A DNA stretch of 64,000 nucleotides from positions 311,538-375,537 of IMG/VR virus record IMGVR_UViG_3300030673_000004. One strand, given 5' to 3'. A program made the position numbers and the translations under genes. The stretch's first letter is position 1. Every line of letters begins with the position of its first letter. Of this stretch, positions 31,613-42,186 are shown piece by piece. The notes under the pieces were generated by a model that was given only the letters and a program-made list of their open reading frames with translations, did no database searches and was not told where the DNA came from.

Positions 31613-33133
31613 ATGTCAGCAATCATAGCAACATACACAACAGGCCAAGCCCTTTTAGAGGGATTACATTCTTTCTTAATGCTAGGCCACACCCTACCTC
31701 CAATCTATACATCAGCTAACTCGCTGACTACATTTACCCCTGGAACTGGATGGACTGGAAGTAACACCACAGGCTATGTTCATGCAACTGGAAATACTGC
31801 TGCATTCACTGAGTCAACGGCTTTAATAGTTGGAAGAACATACACACTTACCATCAATGTGACTGCTTATACATCCGGGTCTATTGGCTATTCTGTTGGT
31901 GGCTTCTCTTCGAGCACAATAACGTCAACATACACTCGAACATTCATAGCTACAGCTACGACAGCCTTGACTATTACACCTACATCTGATTTCGTAGGTA
32001 CGATCACAACCAGCTTGATCGTAACGCCTGTAAGTGACTGCTACATTGATGATGCCATAGGGACTGCTTCTAGTGTCTATGAGCTATTCACAATTATCTT
32101 TACGAGTGCAACCGCATTTACAGTAGTTGGATCTGTTAATGGATCACTGGGAACTGGTGTGGTTGGAACCACGTTCACCTCAACCTACGTGAACTTTACG
32201 ATTGTAGCTGGAAGCACCGCAAATGTCGTAGGTGATGTTATTCAACTACAAATGACTGCACCTTGGACTGCTTTGGTACATTCACAAGCTGCTCAATATA
32301 CATGGCAAACTCCTGGTAATGACAATAATGGCGGTGCCACGGTTGGGCTCTTATGTTCTTCAAATGCCACAACAAACTACTTTGATGCTCAAGTTGTTAT
32401 GTATCCTGTATGGCAACCTGCACTTGCCGAAGCATCACAATGGAAGCGATATGCTGGAGCTTACTGGACACTAGGACCAGCGGCAGGTCAAGCATGTACG
32501 CTGTATGCTGTAGCTGATGGTAGATTCTGTTATGCTTGTTGTTTAGTGGGTTCTACGTACTCTTCAGCTTGTTTTGGCTGGATGGATGCAACAAATACAA
32601 TTGACCAGCACCCACAACCTCTGTTGATCGGAGGGAACGCAACTACTGCTGTACAATGGTCTAATTCGGCTTGCAGATCCCCCGTATATGCAAGTGCCAC
32701 TAGTGTGTGGAGTCCCGCAGGAAACGGCGGTGGGATAATTACAACTGTATTTTTGCATGCATATTTGCCTTCAGGTAGAATCTGTGGACTACATGGGATA
32801 GATAGTGCAATAGATGAATCCTCTGGCGACTGTACGTCTGTTCAAGTGAACAGAGAGGGTAGTAGACTACAACTTAATTTGGATGATACCGTTCCATTGT
32901 ATCAAATTAAAATACAATCTTTGAGTGGATATGCAGTTGCATATCCAGGATCAGTCTTAGGAATTTGGGGCATATTACCGTTTGTAAGGATAATTCCATG
33001 CTATAAAGCTGATGGCTCTTTAATTGGCGGTGGTGTTATCTTTAGAAACATTGTCAATAGGCGTAAATATATAACACTTCAGACTGGGTATATAACAGAC
33101 GCCTCGAACACCTATGCATTGGAGATGGCATAA
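31613..33133 (+). CDS. Tail-tip-type virion structural protein
   Basis: FTIIFTSATAFTVVGSVNG...NFTIVAGST..VVGD and HPQPLLIGG recall tail proteins of D3112/B3-like phages (from memory); AAGGA RBS. Confidence 0.55.
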   Translation: MSAIIATYTTGQALLEGLHSFLMLGHTLPPIYTSANSLTTFTPGTGWTGSNTTGYVHATGNTAAFTESTALIVGRTYTLTINVTAYTSGSIGYSVGGFSSSTITSTYTRTFIATATTALTITPTSDFVGTITTSLIVTPVSDCYIDDAIGTASSVYELFTIIFTSATAFTVVGSVNGSLGTGVVGTTFTSTYVNFTIVAGSTANVVGDVIQLQMTAPWTALVHSQAAQYTWQTPGNDNNGGATVGLLCSSNATTNYFDAQVVMYPVWQPALAEASQWKRYAGAYWTLGPAAGQACTLYAVADGRFCYACCLVGSTYSSACFGWMDATNTIDQHPQPLLIGGNATTAVQWSNSACRSPVYASATSVWSPAGNGGGIITTVFLHAYLPSGRICGLHGIDSAIDESSGDCTSVQVNREGSRLQLNLDDTVPLYQIKIQSLSGYAVAYPGSVLGIWGILPFVRIIPCYKADGSLIGGGVIFRNIVNRRKYITLQTGYITDASNTYALEMA

Positions 33134-34179
33134 TGCCCGCACCTAAATATCTAGTTACAACATACACATCTGCATATAATGCCTTAACTACTATAGACAC
33201 TTGGCTAGTAAATACAATGGGCTATACCAGAAACTTAGCTCCAACTGCTGATACTGTTACATATACTGGATACAAAGCTCATTATCAGTTCACATTTGTT
33301 ACAGGTGAAACGATTTACCTTAACTTTCATACTGATACAACAAATTCTAAACTATATTTAACCACATCGCGAGCATATGTATCAGGAACTGCTTGGAATG
33401 CTCAAACAGGAACTGCTAATGTGCTGTCAAATGCAATAATCTATGGTTGGGTTAATGTGCCAACAAGCAGTTCAAACAATGCATTATATCTATTTGGGGA
33501 TTCTGCTGGAAACTGTCAAGTATTTATTCAACGTGGAATAGATATTGCTGCTAGTGATATGTTACAGTGGGGACTTCTTAATAAGGGTGGATTTGGTAGC
33601 TGGAGTGGTGGGTTGTTTTTTGATTCCTGGCAAATACGTAGTACCACATTAGATAGTACTGCTAGTGCTCCTTCTATAATTAACGCAAGCAACTATGAAA
33701 CTCCAGTAGGAGCCATTGACATAACATGCGATTCTATCACATGTTGGGCTGGTATTAAAACATTCTCAGGGCGCAACTCATCACAAACTTATGAACCTGA
33801 TTCCACAATAGGGACTACATCATCTTATTGGAGTAGCATTATTGTAGGATCAACTATAGGTCGTATGCTAAATTCATTTCTGTCACAAAACAGTGATAAT
33901 AGTGGCGCATTTCCATCTAGTAAAGCGAATGTAAGTGAAGATATGCCTACAGGTTACGTAAACATGATAACAGGAAAGGTATCATTAGGCCCAAATCCAA
34001 CTATATATGTACGTCATGAATCCACACAAAGATTATCGCCTATAGGTAGAATACCTTTTGGTTATCAATGCCCTATCGCTGGGTTCTATAGACATGTAGC
34101 CCCGGGAACCCAGTTAGTGCAAGACGGGCGCACATTTATCATGATGGGAAACATTGCTGCGGAGATGGTAAGTGTCTAA
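33133..34179 (+). CDS. Virion structural protein
   Basis: TAATG-coupled; N-terminus TTYTSAYNALTTIDTWL resembles the previous gene's ATYTTGQALLEGLHSFL. Confidence 0.55.
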   Translation: MPAPKYLVTTYTSAYNALTTIDTWLVNTMGYTRNLAPTADTVTYTGYKAHYQFTFVTGETIYLNFHTDTTNSKLYLTTSRAYVSGTAWNAQTGTANVLSNAIIYGWVNVPTSSSNNALYLFGDSAGNCQVFIQRGIDIAASDMLQWGLLNKGGFGSWSGGLFFDSWQIRSTTLDSTASAPSIINASNYETPVGAIDITCDSITCWAGIKTFSGRNSSQTYEPDSTIGTTSSYWSSIIVGSTIGRMLNSFLSQNSDNSGAFPSSKANVSEDMPTGYVNMITGKVSLGPNPTIYVRHESTQRLSPIGRIPFGYQCPIAGFYRHVAPGTQLVQDGRTFIMMGNIAAEMVSV

Positions 34180-37100
34180 TCCATTAGTGGCAATTGCTCC
34201 TAAATTTGGCCCACTTAGTTTACAGCTATCTAAGCATTACTTAGCAGCTTCAGTAACTAATGCCAGCTTTGTTGGATATCTGCCGGATGGCCCAAAAGTA
34301 AGTGTATCAGGTGGTGGCGGTGTAATGCCTCTTGGTCCGTCTTTTGGACCTGCGGTATCTGATAACTCAATTTTGCAGCTTCAGCCACAAGTTAATTTAA
34401 CGAACACCCATAATAGATCAGGTACGCTTACATTCAAGATACCCGGACCTGCCACAGGCGTACCCACAGTAACAGTACAAAATAAAGCACAAGCAGTAAC
34501 AATAAAACAAGCTACTGCTAATACAGCACCTTTATCTTTAAGAAAATCAACAAAATACAGCTACACGTGGAATACAGCAAATACCACGCATGATGTAGAC
34601 ACAACAGTAACAGCTAGTACAAATACACAAGGGTCACTTCCCGTATCGTATCGTATTTATGGTGGAACTAATTCAGCTTCTACGGTTACATGGGTAACAG
34701 CATCTCAAAATGTCTACATCAATGATACACAACCTATTATATTCACACTAGCCGATGTAGACAAGGATCCAATAACATACTATTTATACGATAACTTAGG
34801 CTTAATAAAAACAGATACAGTATCGAGTAATCAAACAATATCGGTACCTTATACAAATGCAACGATAGGAACACATAGCTTCAGTTTGAAGCTGATTGAT
34901 GACGCTCAAGCAGAGACAGATAGTACAGGACCTACACTAAATGTCTTCCCCCAGGCAGATGCCCCGACAGCATCAGAGCCTTCTGGAACGTACCTAGGAT
35001 CAGCGACCGTTACACTGGCATCGGACCAATCTGGTAGTATCTACTACACACTTGATGGAACTACGCCAACAAGTGCATCAGCATTATACTCCACTGCCAT
35101 AGTAATAACAACATCATGCACACTTAATGCTGTCAGTATCGTACCTAATTATAAAGTATCTCCGGTTTTAACAGTTACGTACAACATTAAAACAAGTACG
35201 CCAGTAATACAAACAGCTTCCGGAACATATACATCGGCTCAGTCTGTTTCTATTACATGTGATACAAATAATTCAACCATCATCTATACCGAGGATGGTA
35301 CAGATCCTGCCATAAATACAAATCCGCAAATAGCTGCAACTACAACAAGTCAGCTATGGCGAACAGGGTGTGTCAGTTCTAATGATATTCTGTATGCGGC
35401 TGTCTACGGCGGGTACATATATAAATCCCTTAATCGCGGTCTAAATTGGATTCAGCTATCAGCACCTCAGCTCAATTGGAGCACATCCTGTATTGGTGCT
35501 GACGGATCTTTATATTTCGGTGCTTATGGAAACTACATATATAAAAGTACAGATAACGGTACTACTTGGGCACCGGTAGTCAGCGAAGGCACTCGTAGCT
35601 GGAACACAAGTTGCGCAGGCACTGACGGATCTTTATACTTCGGAATCGACAACGGATATCTTCACGTATCTAACGATAACGGTAATACATGGACATCGAA
35701 AACAAGCCTAGGGATGAAGACATGGGCTACCTGCTGCGTAGCAAGTAATGGAACAATATACTTTGCAGCATCTAATGAATCCGTCTATGCCTCATTAGAT
35801 AAAGGTACTACATGGACACCAAATGCTATCCTGGGAACGCAACAATGGACAACATCATGTGTAGGACTTGATCATGCCCTATACCTCGGTGCCTCTAACG
35901 GATCTATCTATAAGTCTACGGATCAAGGAACATCATGGGCAGCGCTGTCAGCAGCAGGTACAGCCAATTGGGTTGCTTCTACTGTGGGAACAGATGGATC
36001 CTTATATTTTGCAGCATCAGGCACAGCTAATATAAAGAAGTCAACAGATGCTGGAGCCACCTGGACAGATATAGTTATTGCTAGCCAAGGTACATGGGAC
36101 TTCTTACTAACAGGAACAGACGGGTCTATCTATGCTTCAGATGCAAGCACAGAAGCTGGTGGTTACATCTACAAAATCCCGGCAGGAACCTGGGAAGTAG
36201 CTAACGGATACATCTACTCAGCACCTGTTACTGTAACACGGACAGAAACACTTAAAGCTATCAGTACGGTTAGTGGGCAAGTTGCTAGTGACGTAGCATC
36301 TACTAGCTACCAATTGAAAGCAAGTATTCCCACATTTGATCCTATTGCTGGAAATTATACAAGATACATTACAGTTACTCTAGCTTCAAGTCTCTCGGGA
36401 TCTACCACATACTATACATTAGATGGGACAGATCCGACTACAGAATCACCTGTATATAACACAGGCATCCGGCTAACTCAGCCTACAACAATAAAAGCGC
36501 TTACAGCATATGCAACGTGGGAAAATAGTGACATTGCAACCGCTGTTTATAACGTCACTACACCGCAAGTTCCTACTTTCTCTGTACCTGCAGGTACCTA
36601 TAATACAGCGCAGACAGTCGCCTTAGCCTGCTCAACAACTGGCGCTTCTATCTACTATACCCTGGATGGAACAGACCCTTCTCCAGATGCTACAGAGTCG
36701 CCTACATCTATTCTATACACAACATCAATTGCTGTTGATGTATCAAAAACAATTAAAGCCCTTGCTACGACCGAGGGTGATGCCCGCAGTGATATCGTAA
36801 CGGCTACCTACGAATTAAAAGCCGTATCTCCAGTCTTCTCTGCGGCAACCGGGACATTTACAGATAATTTTGTTACAAGCATAGCCACAACAACATCCAA
36901 TGCTAAGATCTATTACACAATAGATGGTACCACACCAACGATAGATAGCTATTTATACAGTTCTCCGTTGGACATATTCTCAACGATAACTCTTAAAGCT
37001 ATTGCCATCTTCGCGGGATGGACATCTAGTGATGTTACAACTGTTACATATACATTTATTCCTAAGACATCTGTTGCACCGACATTCTCTTTACCAACAG

Positions 37101-37423
37101 GCACGTATACAGAAGCAATAGCTGTATCTTTGGCATCTCCGACACCGAATAAAATAATAAGATACACACTAGATGGTACCGACCCCAGTGTGACATCATC
37201 TATATATCTAGGTGTTCTTACTATAAGTCAAACGACTACAATAAAAGCTTATGTCACATCCCCAGGCTATAATGATAGTACGATAGCCATAGTCACCTAT
37301 ACAATAAACATACCAGTACCAGTACCAGAAGGACATGTTGTCCCTGTATACAGCAACCTATATGTATACGACTTCAAAATGGGATTACGTGAAGTATGTG
37401 CTTTCTTGACAGCGTCAACCTGA
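34172..37423 (+). CDS. Six CHB_HEX_C repeats plus BNR/Asp-box beta-propeller fibre protein
   Basis: Six YT.DGT.P motifs; six Asp-boxes (KSLNRGLNW, KSTDNGTTW, VSNDNGNTW, ASLDKGTTW, KSTDQGTSW, KSTDAGATW); ends YDFKMGLR... Confidence 0.75.
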   Translation: MSNPLVAIAPKFGPLSLQLSKHYLAASVTNASFVGYLPDGPKVSVSGGGGVMPLGPSFGPAVSDNSILQLQPQVNLTNTHNRSGTLTFKIPGPATGVPTVTVQNKAQAVTIKQATANTAPLSLRKSTKYSYTWNTANTTHDVDTTVTASTNTQGSLPVSYRIYGGTNSASTVTWVTASQNVYINDTQPIIFTLADVDKDPITYYLYDNLGLIKTDTVSSNQTISVPYTNATIGTHSFSLKLIDDAQAETDSTGPTLNVFPQADAPTASEPSGTYLGSATVTLASDQSGSIYYTLDGTTPTSASALYSTAIVITTSCTLNAVSIVPNYKVSPVLTVTYNIKTSTPVIQTASGTYTSAQSVSITCDTNNSTIIYTEDGTDPAINTNPQIAATTTSQLWRTGCVSSNDILYAAVYGGYIYKSLNRGLNWIQLSAPQLNWSTSCIGADGSLYFGAYGNYIYKSTDNGTTWAPVVSEGTRSWNTSCAGTDGSLYFGIDNGYLHVSNDNGNTWTSKTSLGMKTWATCCVASNGTIYFAASNESVYASLDKGTTWTPNAILGTQQWTTSCVGLDHALYLGASNGSIYKSTDQGTSWAALSAAGTANWVASTVGTDGSLYFAASGTANIKKSTDAGATWTDIVIASQGTWDFLLTGTDGSIYASDASTEAGGYIYKIPAGTWEVANGYIYSAPVTVTRTETLKAISTVSGQVASDVASTSYQLKASIPTFDPIAGNYTRYITVTLASSLSGSTTYYTLDGTDPTTESPVYNTGIRLTQPTTIKALTAYATWENSDIATAVYNVTTPQVPTFSVPAGTYNTAQTVALACSTTGASIYYTLDGTDPSPDATESPTSILYTTSIAVDVSKTIKALATTEGDARSDIVTATYELKAVSPVFSAATGTFTDNFVTSIATTTSNAKIYYTIDGTTPTIDSYLYSSPLDIFSTITLKAIAIFAGWTSSDVTTVTYTFIPKTSVAPTFSLPTGTYTEAIAVSLASPTPNKIIRYTLDGTDPSVTSSIYLGVLTISQTTTIKAYVTSPGYNDSTIAIVTYTINIPVPVPEGHVVPVYSNLYVYDFKMGLREVCAFLTAST

Positions 37424-37435
37424 TAAAAATCAAAT

Positions 37436-38122
37436 ATGAGCAATACACTAACAGCAAATGAAGTAGTTGTAACGGCAGGTTTAGAAACTGCTAAACCCTT
37501 CTGGACAGGCATATCTACAATACCAGATACAACTACTACCAGTGGAGATCATCTGTATATTGGTACATTTGCTGTAGTTGATAATACATCATCTGTATCC
37601 TATGATGGCTTTTGTCAACTCACTATGACACAACGTACTGAATTAGCGGGTATCTCATGCCCGCAGTACTTAGCACTACGCGAAACCGGATATGCCTTAC
37701 CGCTATTCAAAGCATCAAATGCTGATGTATATGAACCGATATCTATTGTTTTTGATTGGACAGGGGACATTGATTCACAAGCTGAATTCTTAATATACAG
37801 TAAAAAGAATCCAGCAACTAGATATATAAAATTAGTATTCACAGGAACAAGCGCTGACATAATAATAAACGGTGTAACACAAACAACACCAAGTATAGCA
37901 TCATTCTTTACAGATGATAGAATTATCCGCAAAGTAACCTTAGCTATTTTGACACAAAATACAGCTAAGAATACAGTAACAACAGCATCAAACGTAGCTG
38001 GGCGTATACAAATTTTACTAACAGACTATCAAACAGGCATCAATCGCATTCTATGGGATAATATAACAACAGTAGACCCATCAGAACTATACCAGTTTGA
38101 AGCACGTCTAATACATAGCTAA
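37436..38122 (+). CDS. Putative virion protein, paralogue of 30921-31601
   Basis: Motif-by-motif similarity along the whole length. Confidence 0.7.
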   Translation: MSNTLTANEVVVTAGLETAKPFWTGISTIPDTTTTSGDHLYIGTFAVVDNTSSVSYDGFCQLTMTQRTELAGISCPQYLALRETGYALPLFKASNADVYEPISIVFDWTGDIDSQAEFLIYSKKNPATRYIKLVFTGTSADIIINGVTQTTPSIASFFTDDRIIRKVTLAILTQNTAKNTVTTASNVAGRIQILLTDYQTGINRILWDNITTVDPSELYQFEARLIHS

Positions 38123-38133
38123 AAGAGATACAA

Positions 38134-41100
38134 ATGACTTTGATCAACAACTGGACAAACTCAACAGGAACGTTATCACCAACAACGGCTGCCTACGTTT
38201 CGGCTATTGGACAAGACAATTATATTCTGACGACAGGCACACAAGGAGACTCCCCCTATTACTCCAATGATGGCGGAAGTACATGGACAGCAGCAACTGT
38301 TAATGATACTTGGGCGGGCAAGACTACTATGTGTCTAGCTACGGTTTCAAGCGATAGTCGCATATACCTAATAAACCAAGCGATTCCCAAACTTTATGTG
38401 TCTGTTGACCATGGTGCTACTTATTCTGTAGCCTCATCGGGAAACCAGTATACATGTCTAACATGTGTGGGATCAACACTGTTTGCTACTTTAGAAACAG
38501 GTACTACACTATATAAAAGTACTGATCATGGTGTAACTTTTACTGCTATAGCAACACCTGATACTACGGCCACAGCCATCTTCGTAGCAGCTAACTCTAC
38601 TTGTTTGTTTTTATGCAGTACCGACACAAATACACATTTAATCAATATGTACAGAAGTCAAGATTCGGGAACCTCTTGGACTCAGATTCTGACAAATTAT
38701 ACCATAGGTTTTATAGGCGAACTGTTTCACACAACAAATAGCACATACCTAAGCATTTATGATGTCCCATCAAATTCTATTTTATTGCTAAAATCTGACG
38801 ATAATTTCAGCACCAGCACACCTATAACGGCACTATCGGCAATAATGCCCGCTCCCATAGTTTTGGGAGGTGCTGACAGCTCTAATGACATCTATGTCGT
38901 TAGTTTCTATACGTCTGGTGTGCTTGCTACTAGCAATGATAGCGGGACTTCGTTTGTGAATGAAGCCCCTGATAGTAACGGGCAAGTAACGCTTGCAATA
39001 GGCGATACAAGTATTGTTGCCATTACAAACTCACCTTCGTCGGGTATTACTGCGGTATACAGTGGAATGCTTCCTGGGGGCATAGTTAAACCCAATAAGC
39101 CTACGATTAGTCCAGCAACAATAACAAATGCAAGTCCACTCACAGTAACACTAGAAACAGCTACAACAGGCGCAGCACTATACTACACCCTAGACGGAAC
39201 AGATCCAACAGAATCTTCTACACTGTATACGTCTCCGTTTACACTAACCTACGCTGTACCCACAATATGCACAGTGAAAGCTATCGCAGTAGCTAACTCC
39301 ATATCAAGTACAGTAGCCACACAGGTATACCATATCGGCAACCAGGTAAGCGCACCTGTCATCACAGGTACCCTAAATACCTATGGTGCCAACATGACAA
39401 TCACCATCACAGATACTACGGATGGTGCTCTTATCTACTATACGGATGATGGAACTACCCCAACAACAACATCTGCAGCATATACAGAGCCATTTTTAAC
39501 GTTTGAATCCTCTATTGATATTAAAGCAATCGCAGTCAAATCGGGATACTTTGATAGTAGTATTGCAGAGTCACTAATTAATACAGGAATCGCAGTCTCC
39601 ACGTATCCCACACTGGGACCCTATCTTAATACGTACAATTGCAACCCTGTTGCTTCTGCTACTAGAAAATTTACAATAGGTACTACAGCACACATTGAAA
39701 TGCTAAGTACTACAGATGGTGTACATGACCAAGCACCCATCTATTACACACTTGACGGATCCACACCAACAATAGCAAGTACACAATATGCAGCTCCGCT
39801 AAGTATTACAGAATCCTGTGTAGTCAAAGCGGTTTCTATTAAAGGTGTGAAGACACCCACAATTGGACCTGTTGCAACTATCACGTACACGTTTACGGCT
39901 GGAGTACTTGCAAAACCAACAGCCTACACATTAGGTGCTGAATATGTAGATCTTACAACAGGTACGCATACAACAACTACAAGTGATCCTGGTTATGTGT
40001 TAACGGCTGTATTTATCCCCGACTACAATAACGGGATAGGAGCTTTAGCTACAGCAGAAGGAACTCTAGGAAATGTTACCCCAAGCTACATTTACTTGTG
40101 TGATCCAATTACGTATGAACCCTTCAAGAGACTCACACAACTCGATAACGGCGATAATATCCGAGCCTTGGCTTACTCAACAGACACAGGCACATTATAT
40201 GCAGCTACAGAAAACAAAAACCTCTACAGTATTGATCTTAACACAGAAACGATAACAACACTTAGTGTACTATTACCAAACCCAATATACTATTATTTAA
40301 TATATAACAACGTAGATCAGTGCTTGTATGGATACTGCTCGGGGTCCATCAATTCACTTGTAAAATACAATACAGTAACAAGCACGCTTTCGACAATAAC
40401 TTCTAATGCACTTTACCATGTTGATTTTTGTGATCCTATAACAGGAACTCTTTATGGGCACTCAGGCACAGGTAACAATCCTGGTCTTTTTACCATAGAC
40501 CCAAACACAGGAGTAGCTACAGAAGTAATCACAACTACAACATCCTATGATAAGGTACTTCATGATAACATAAGTGGTAATACATATGCGCTTACATACC
40601 CGGGCAACGCTGCAGTTACTGCATACACATTAGACTTAGCAGCACGAACTGAAACATTAAAATTTACAGCAGCACTTACGCAGGGAGTCCAGGACACGAC
40701 TATTGCCAGTACAGCTACAGTACCAGCACCCCTATTCTCTGTTGCGGGCGGATCATACAACATAGCACAAACCGTAGCAATAACAAATAGACTTACAGGG
40801 ATAAATATCTATTATACGCTTGATGGAACAGCACCAACAGCTAACTCTACATTATACACAGAACCTCTACTCGTAGAGTATCCTCTAACGCTAAAAGCAA
40901 TTGCAACTAAATCCGGATTTGCACAAAGTTATGCCACAGTAGCAACATACAATATAAGCTATACAAAAGTACCTAAACCTATATTATCTGTAGCATCTGG
41001 AAGCTTTACAAACGACCAAACTGTAACATTATCAGATACAAAAGAAGGTGTAACATTCTACTACACAATAGATGGAACAACACCAACAACAACATCTTTG

Positions 41101-42186
41101 CTCTACACAGGTCCAATCACTATTTCAGGAAATACAACACTTCAAGCTATTGGTATATTTGAAGGTTTAACAAACAGTGACATAGTATCTGCTACATACA
41201 CATTCTCATGCATAACACCTACAGCATCCATCCCGGCAGGAACATGGGGTGCTACAAAAATAATTACGCTTTCTTCTGAAACAAATAATACAAAAATCTA
41301 CTACACCACAGATGGTACAGCACCAACCCAAAATTCTGCTATTTATAGTACGCCAATACATTTAGTAACGACAGCAACATTAGCGTTCGTAGCAACAAAA
41401 CATGGATATGCTTCCACGTCAGTAGTCACAAACGTGTATACAATCATTCGAGGGGACCTATACTATGGAAGCTATAATGTAAAAGTTGTCAATACAACAA
41501 ATAATGTTTCTGCTAAGCTAAACTCGTTCTATGACGGCAACATGTGTGCCGTAGCTGCTGACGGTCAGTCTCTTTATGCCTTAGGCACAGCGGGCCTAAC
41601 AACAATAAACCCTCACACAGGAGAGTACACAACAGTTGCACTTTCAATAACAGATACTATTGAGGGTGATTCATTCGTATCAGCAACATATTACGATAAT
41701 GCAATATATGCATGCGTATCCAGTGGTGGTTCAGATAGTGGCGTTTATAAAATAGACCCAAAAACATACAGTGTGACATTAGTACGTAAACACAATTATG
41801 TACAAGGCATAACTGTATATAATGAAAAGATCTATTTTTGCACTCCCTATGAAGCTATAAAGTATATGAATCTTGATGGGTCCAATGAGACAGTACTGAA
41901 CTCATCCACATCATATATGTGGGGAAGCCTAATCGTCTTTAATGACTATTTATATGCAGGAAGTTATGAATATACTAATACGTCATTAACAAAAGTACCT
42001 GGCGGGATTTACAAAATAGATCTAACAACAGGAAGCATCGTTAGTATAATAAATCAAGAGCTAGATCGCTACTGGGTAGGTCTTGCTGCCGGTACGGATC
42101 AGCTCTATGCTAGAGATAGCTTAACAGGCATATATAGAGTTAATGTACACAACAATACAGTAACTCAGATTGTGAGTGAATTCTAA
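38134..42186 (+). CDS. 1350-aa mosaic fibre/adhesin: Asp-box propeller, six CHB_HEX_C repeats, two further propeller-like regions
   Basis: SNDGGSTW, SVDHGATY, STDHGVTF, SQDSGTSW, SNDSGTSF; six YYT.DG..PT motifs; LY.ID...G-type propeller blades. Confidence 0.75.
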   Translation: MTLINNWTNSTGTLSPTTAAYVSAIGQDNYILTTGTQGDSPYYSNDGGSTWTAATVNDTWAGKTTMCLATVSSDSRIYLINQAIPKLYVSVDHGATYSVASSGNQYTCLTCVGSTLFATLETGTTLYKSTDHGVTFTAIATPDTTATAIFVAANSTCLFLCSTDTNTHLINMYRSQDSGTSWTQILTNYTIGFIGELFHTTNSTYLSIYDVPSNSILLLKSDDNFSTSTPITALSAIMPAPIVLGGADSSNDIYVVSFYTSGVLATSNDSGTSFVNEAPDSNGQVTLAIGDTSIVAITNSPSSGITAVYSGMLPGGIVKPNKPTISPATITNASPLTVTLETATTGAALYYTLDGTDPTESSTLYTSPFTLTYAVPTICTVKAIAVANSISSTVATQVYHIGNQVSAPVITGTLNTYGANMTITITDTTDGALIYYTDDGTTPTTTSAAYTEPFLTFESSIDIKAIAVKSGYFDSSIAESLINTGIAVSTYPTLGPYLNTYNCNPVASATRKFTIGTTAHIEMLSTTDGVHDQAPIYYTLDGSTPTIASTQYAAPLSITESCVVKAVSIKGVKTPTIGPVATITYTFTAGVLAKPTAYTLGAEYVDLTTGTHTTTTSDPGYVLTAVFIPDYNNGIGALATAEGTLGNVTPSYIYLCDPITYEPFKRLTQLDNGDNIRALAYSTDTGTLYAATENKNLYSIDLNTETITTLSVLLPNPIYYYLIYNNVDQCLYGYCSGSINSLVKYNTVTSTLSTITSNALYHVDFCDPITGTLYGHSGTGNNPGLFTIDPNTGVATEVITTTTSYDKVLHDNISGNTYALTYPGNAAVTAYTLDLAARTETLKFTAALTQGVQDTTIASTATVPAPLFSVAGGSYNIAQTVAITNRLTGINIYYTLDGTAPTANSTLYTEPLLVEYPLTLKAIATKSGFAQSYATVATYNISYTKVPKPILSVASGSFTNDQTVTLSDTKEGVTFYYTIDGTTPTTTSLLYTGPITISGNTTLQAIGIFEGLTNSDIVSATYTFSCITPTASIPAGTWGATKIITLSSETNNTKIYYTTDGTAPTQNSAIYSTPIHLVTTATLAFVATKHGYASTSVVTNVYTIIRGDLYYGSYNVKVVNTTNNVSAKLNSFYDGNMCAVAADGQSLYALGTAGLTTINPHTGEYTTVALSITDTIEGDSFVSATYYDNAIYACVSSGGSDSGVYKIDPKTYSVTLVRKHNYVQGITVYNEKIYFCTPYEAIKYMNLDGSNETVLNSSTSYMWGSLIVFNDYLYAGSYEYTNTSLTKVPGGIYKIDLTTGSIVSIINQELDRYWVGLAAGTDQLYARDSLTGIYRVNVHNNTVTQIVSEF

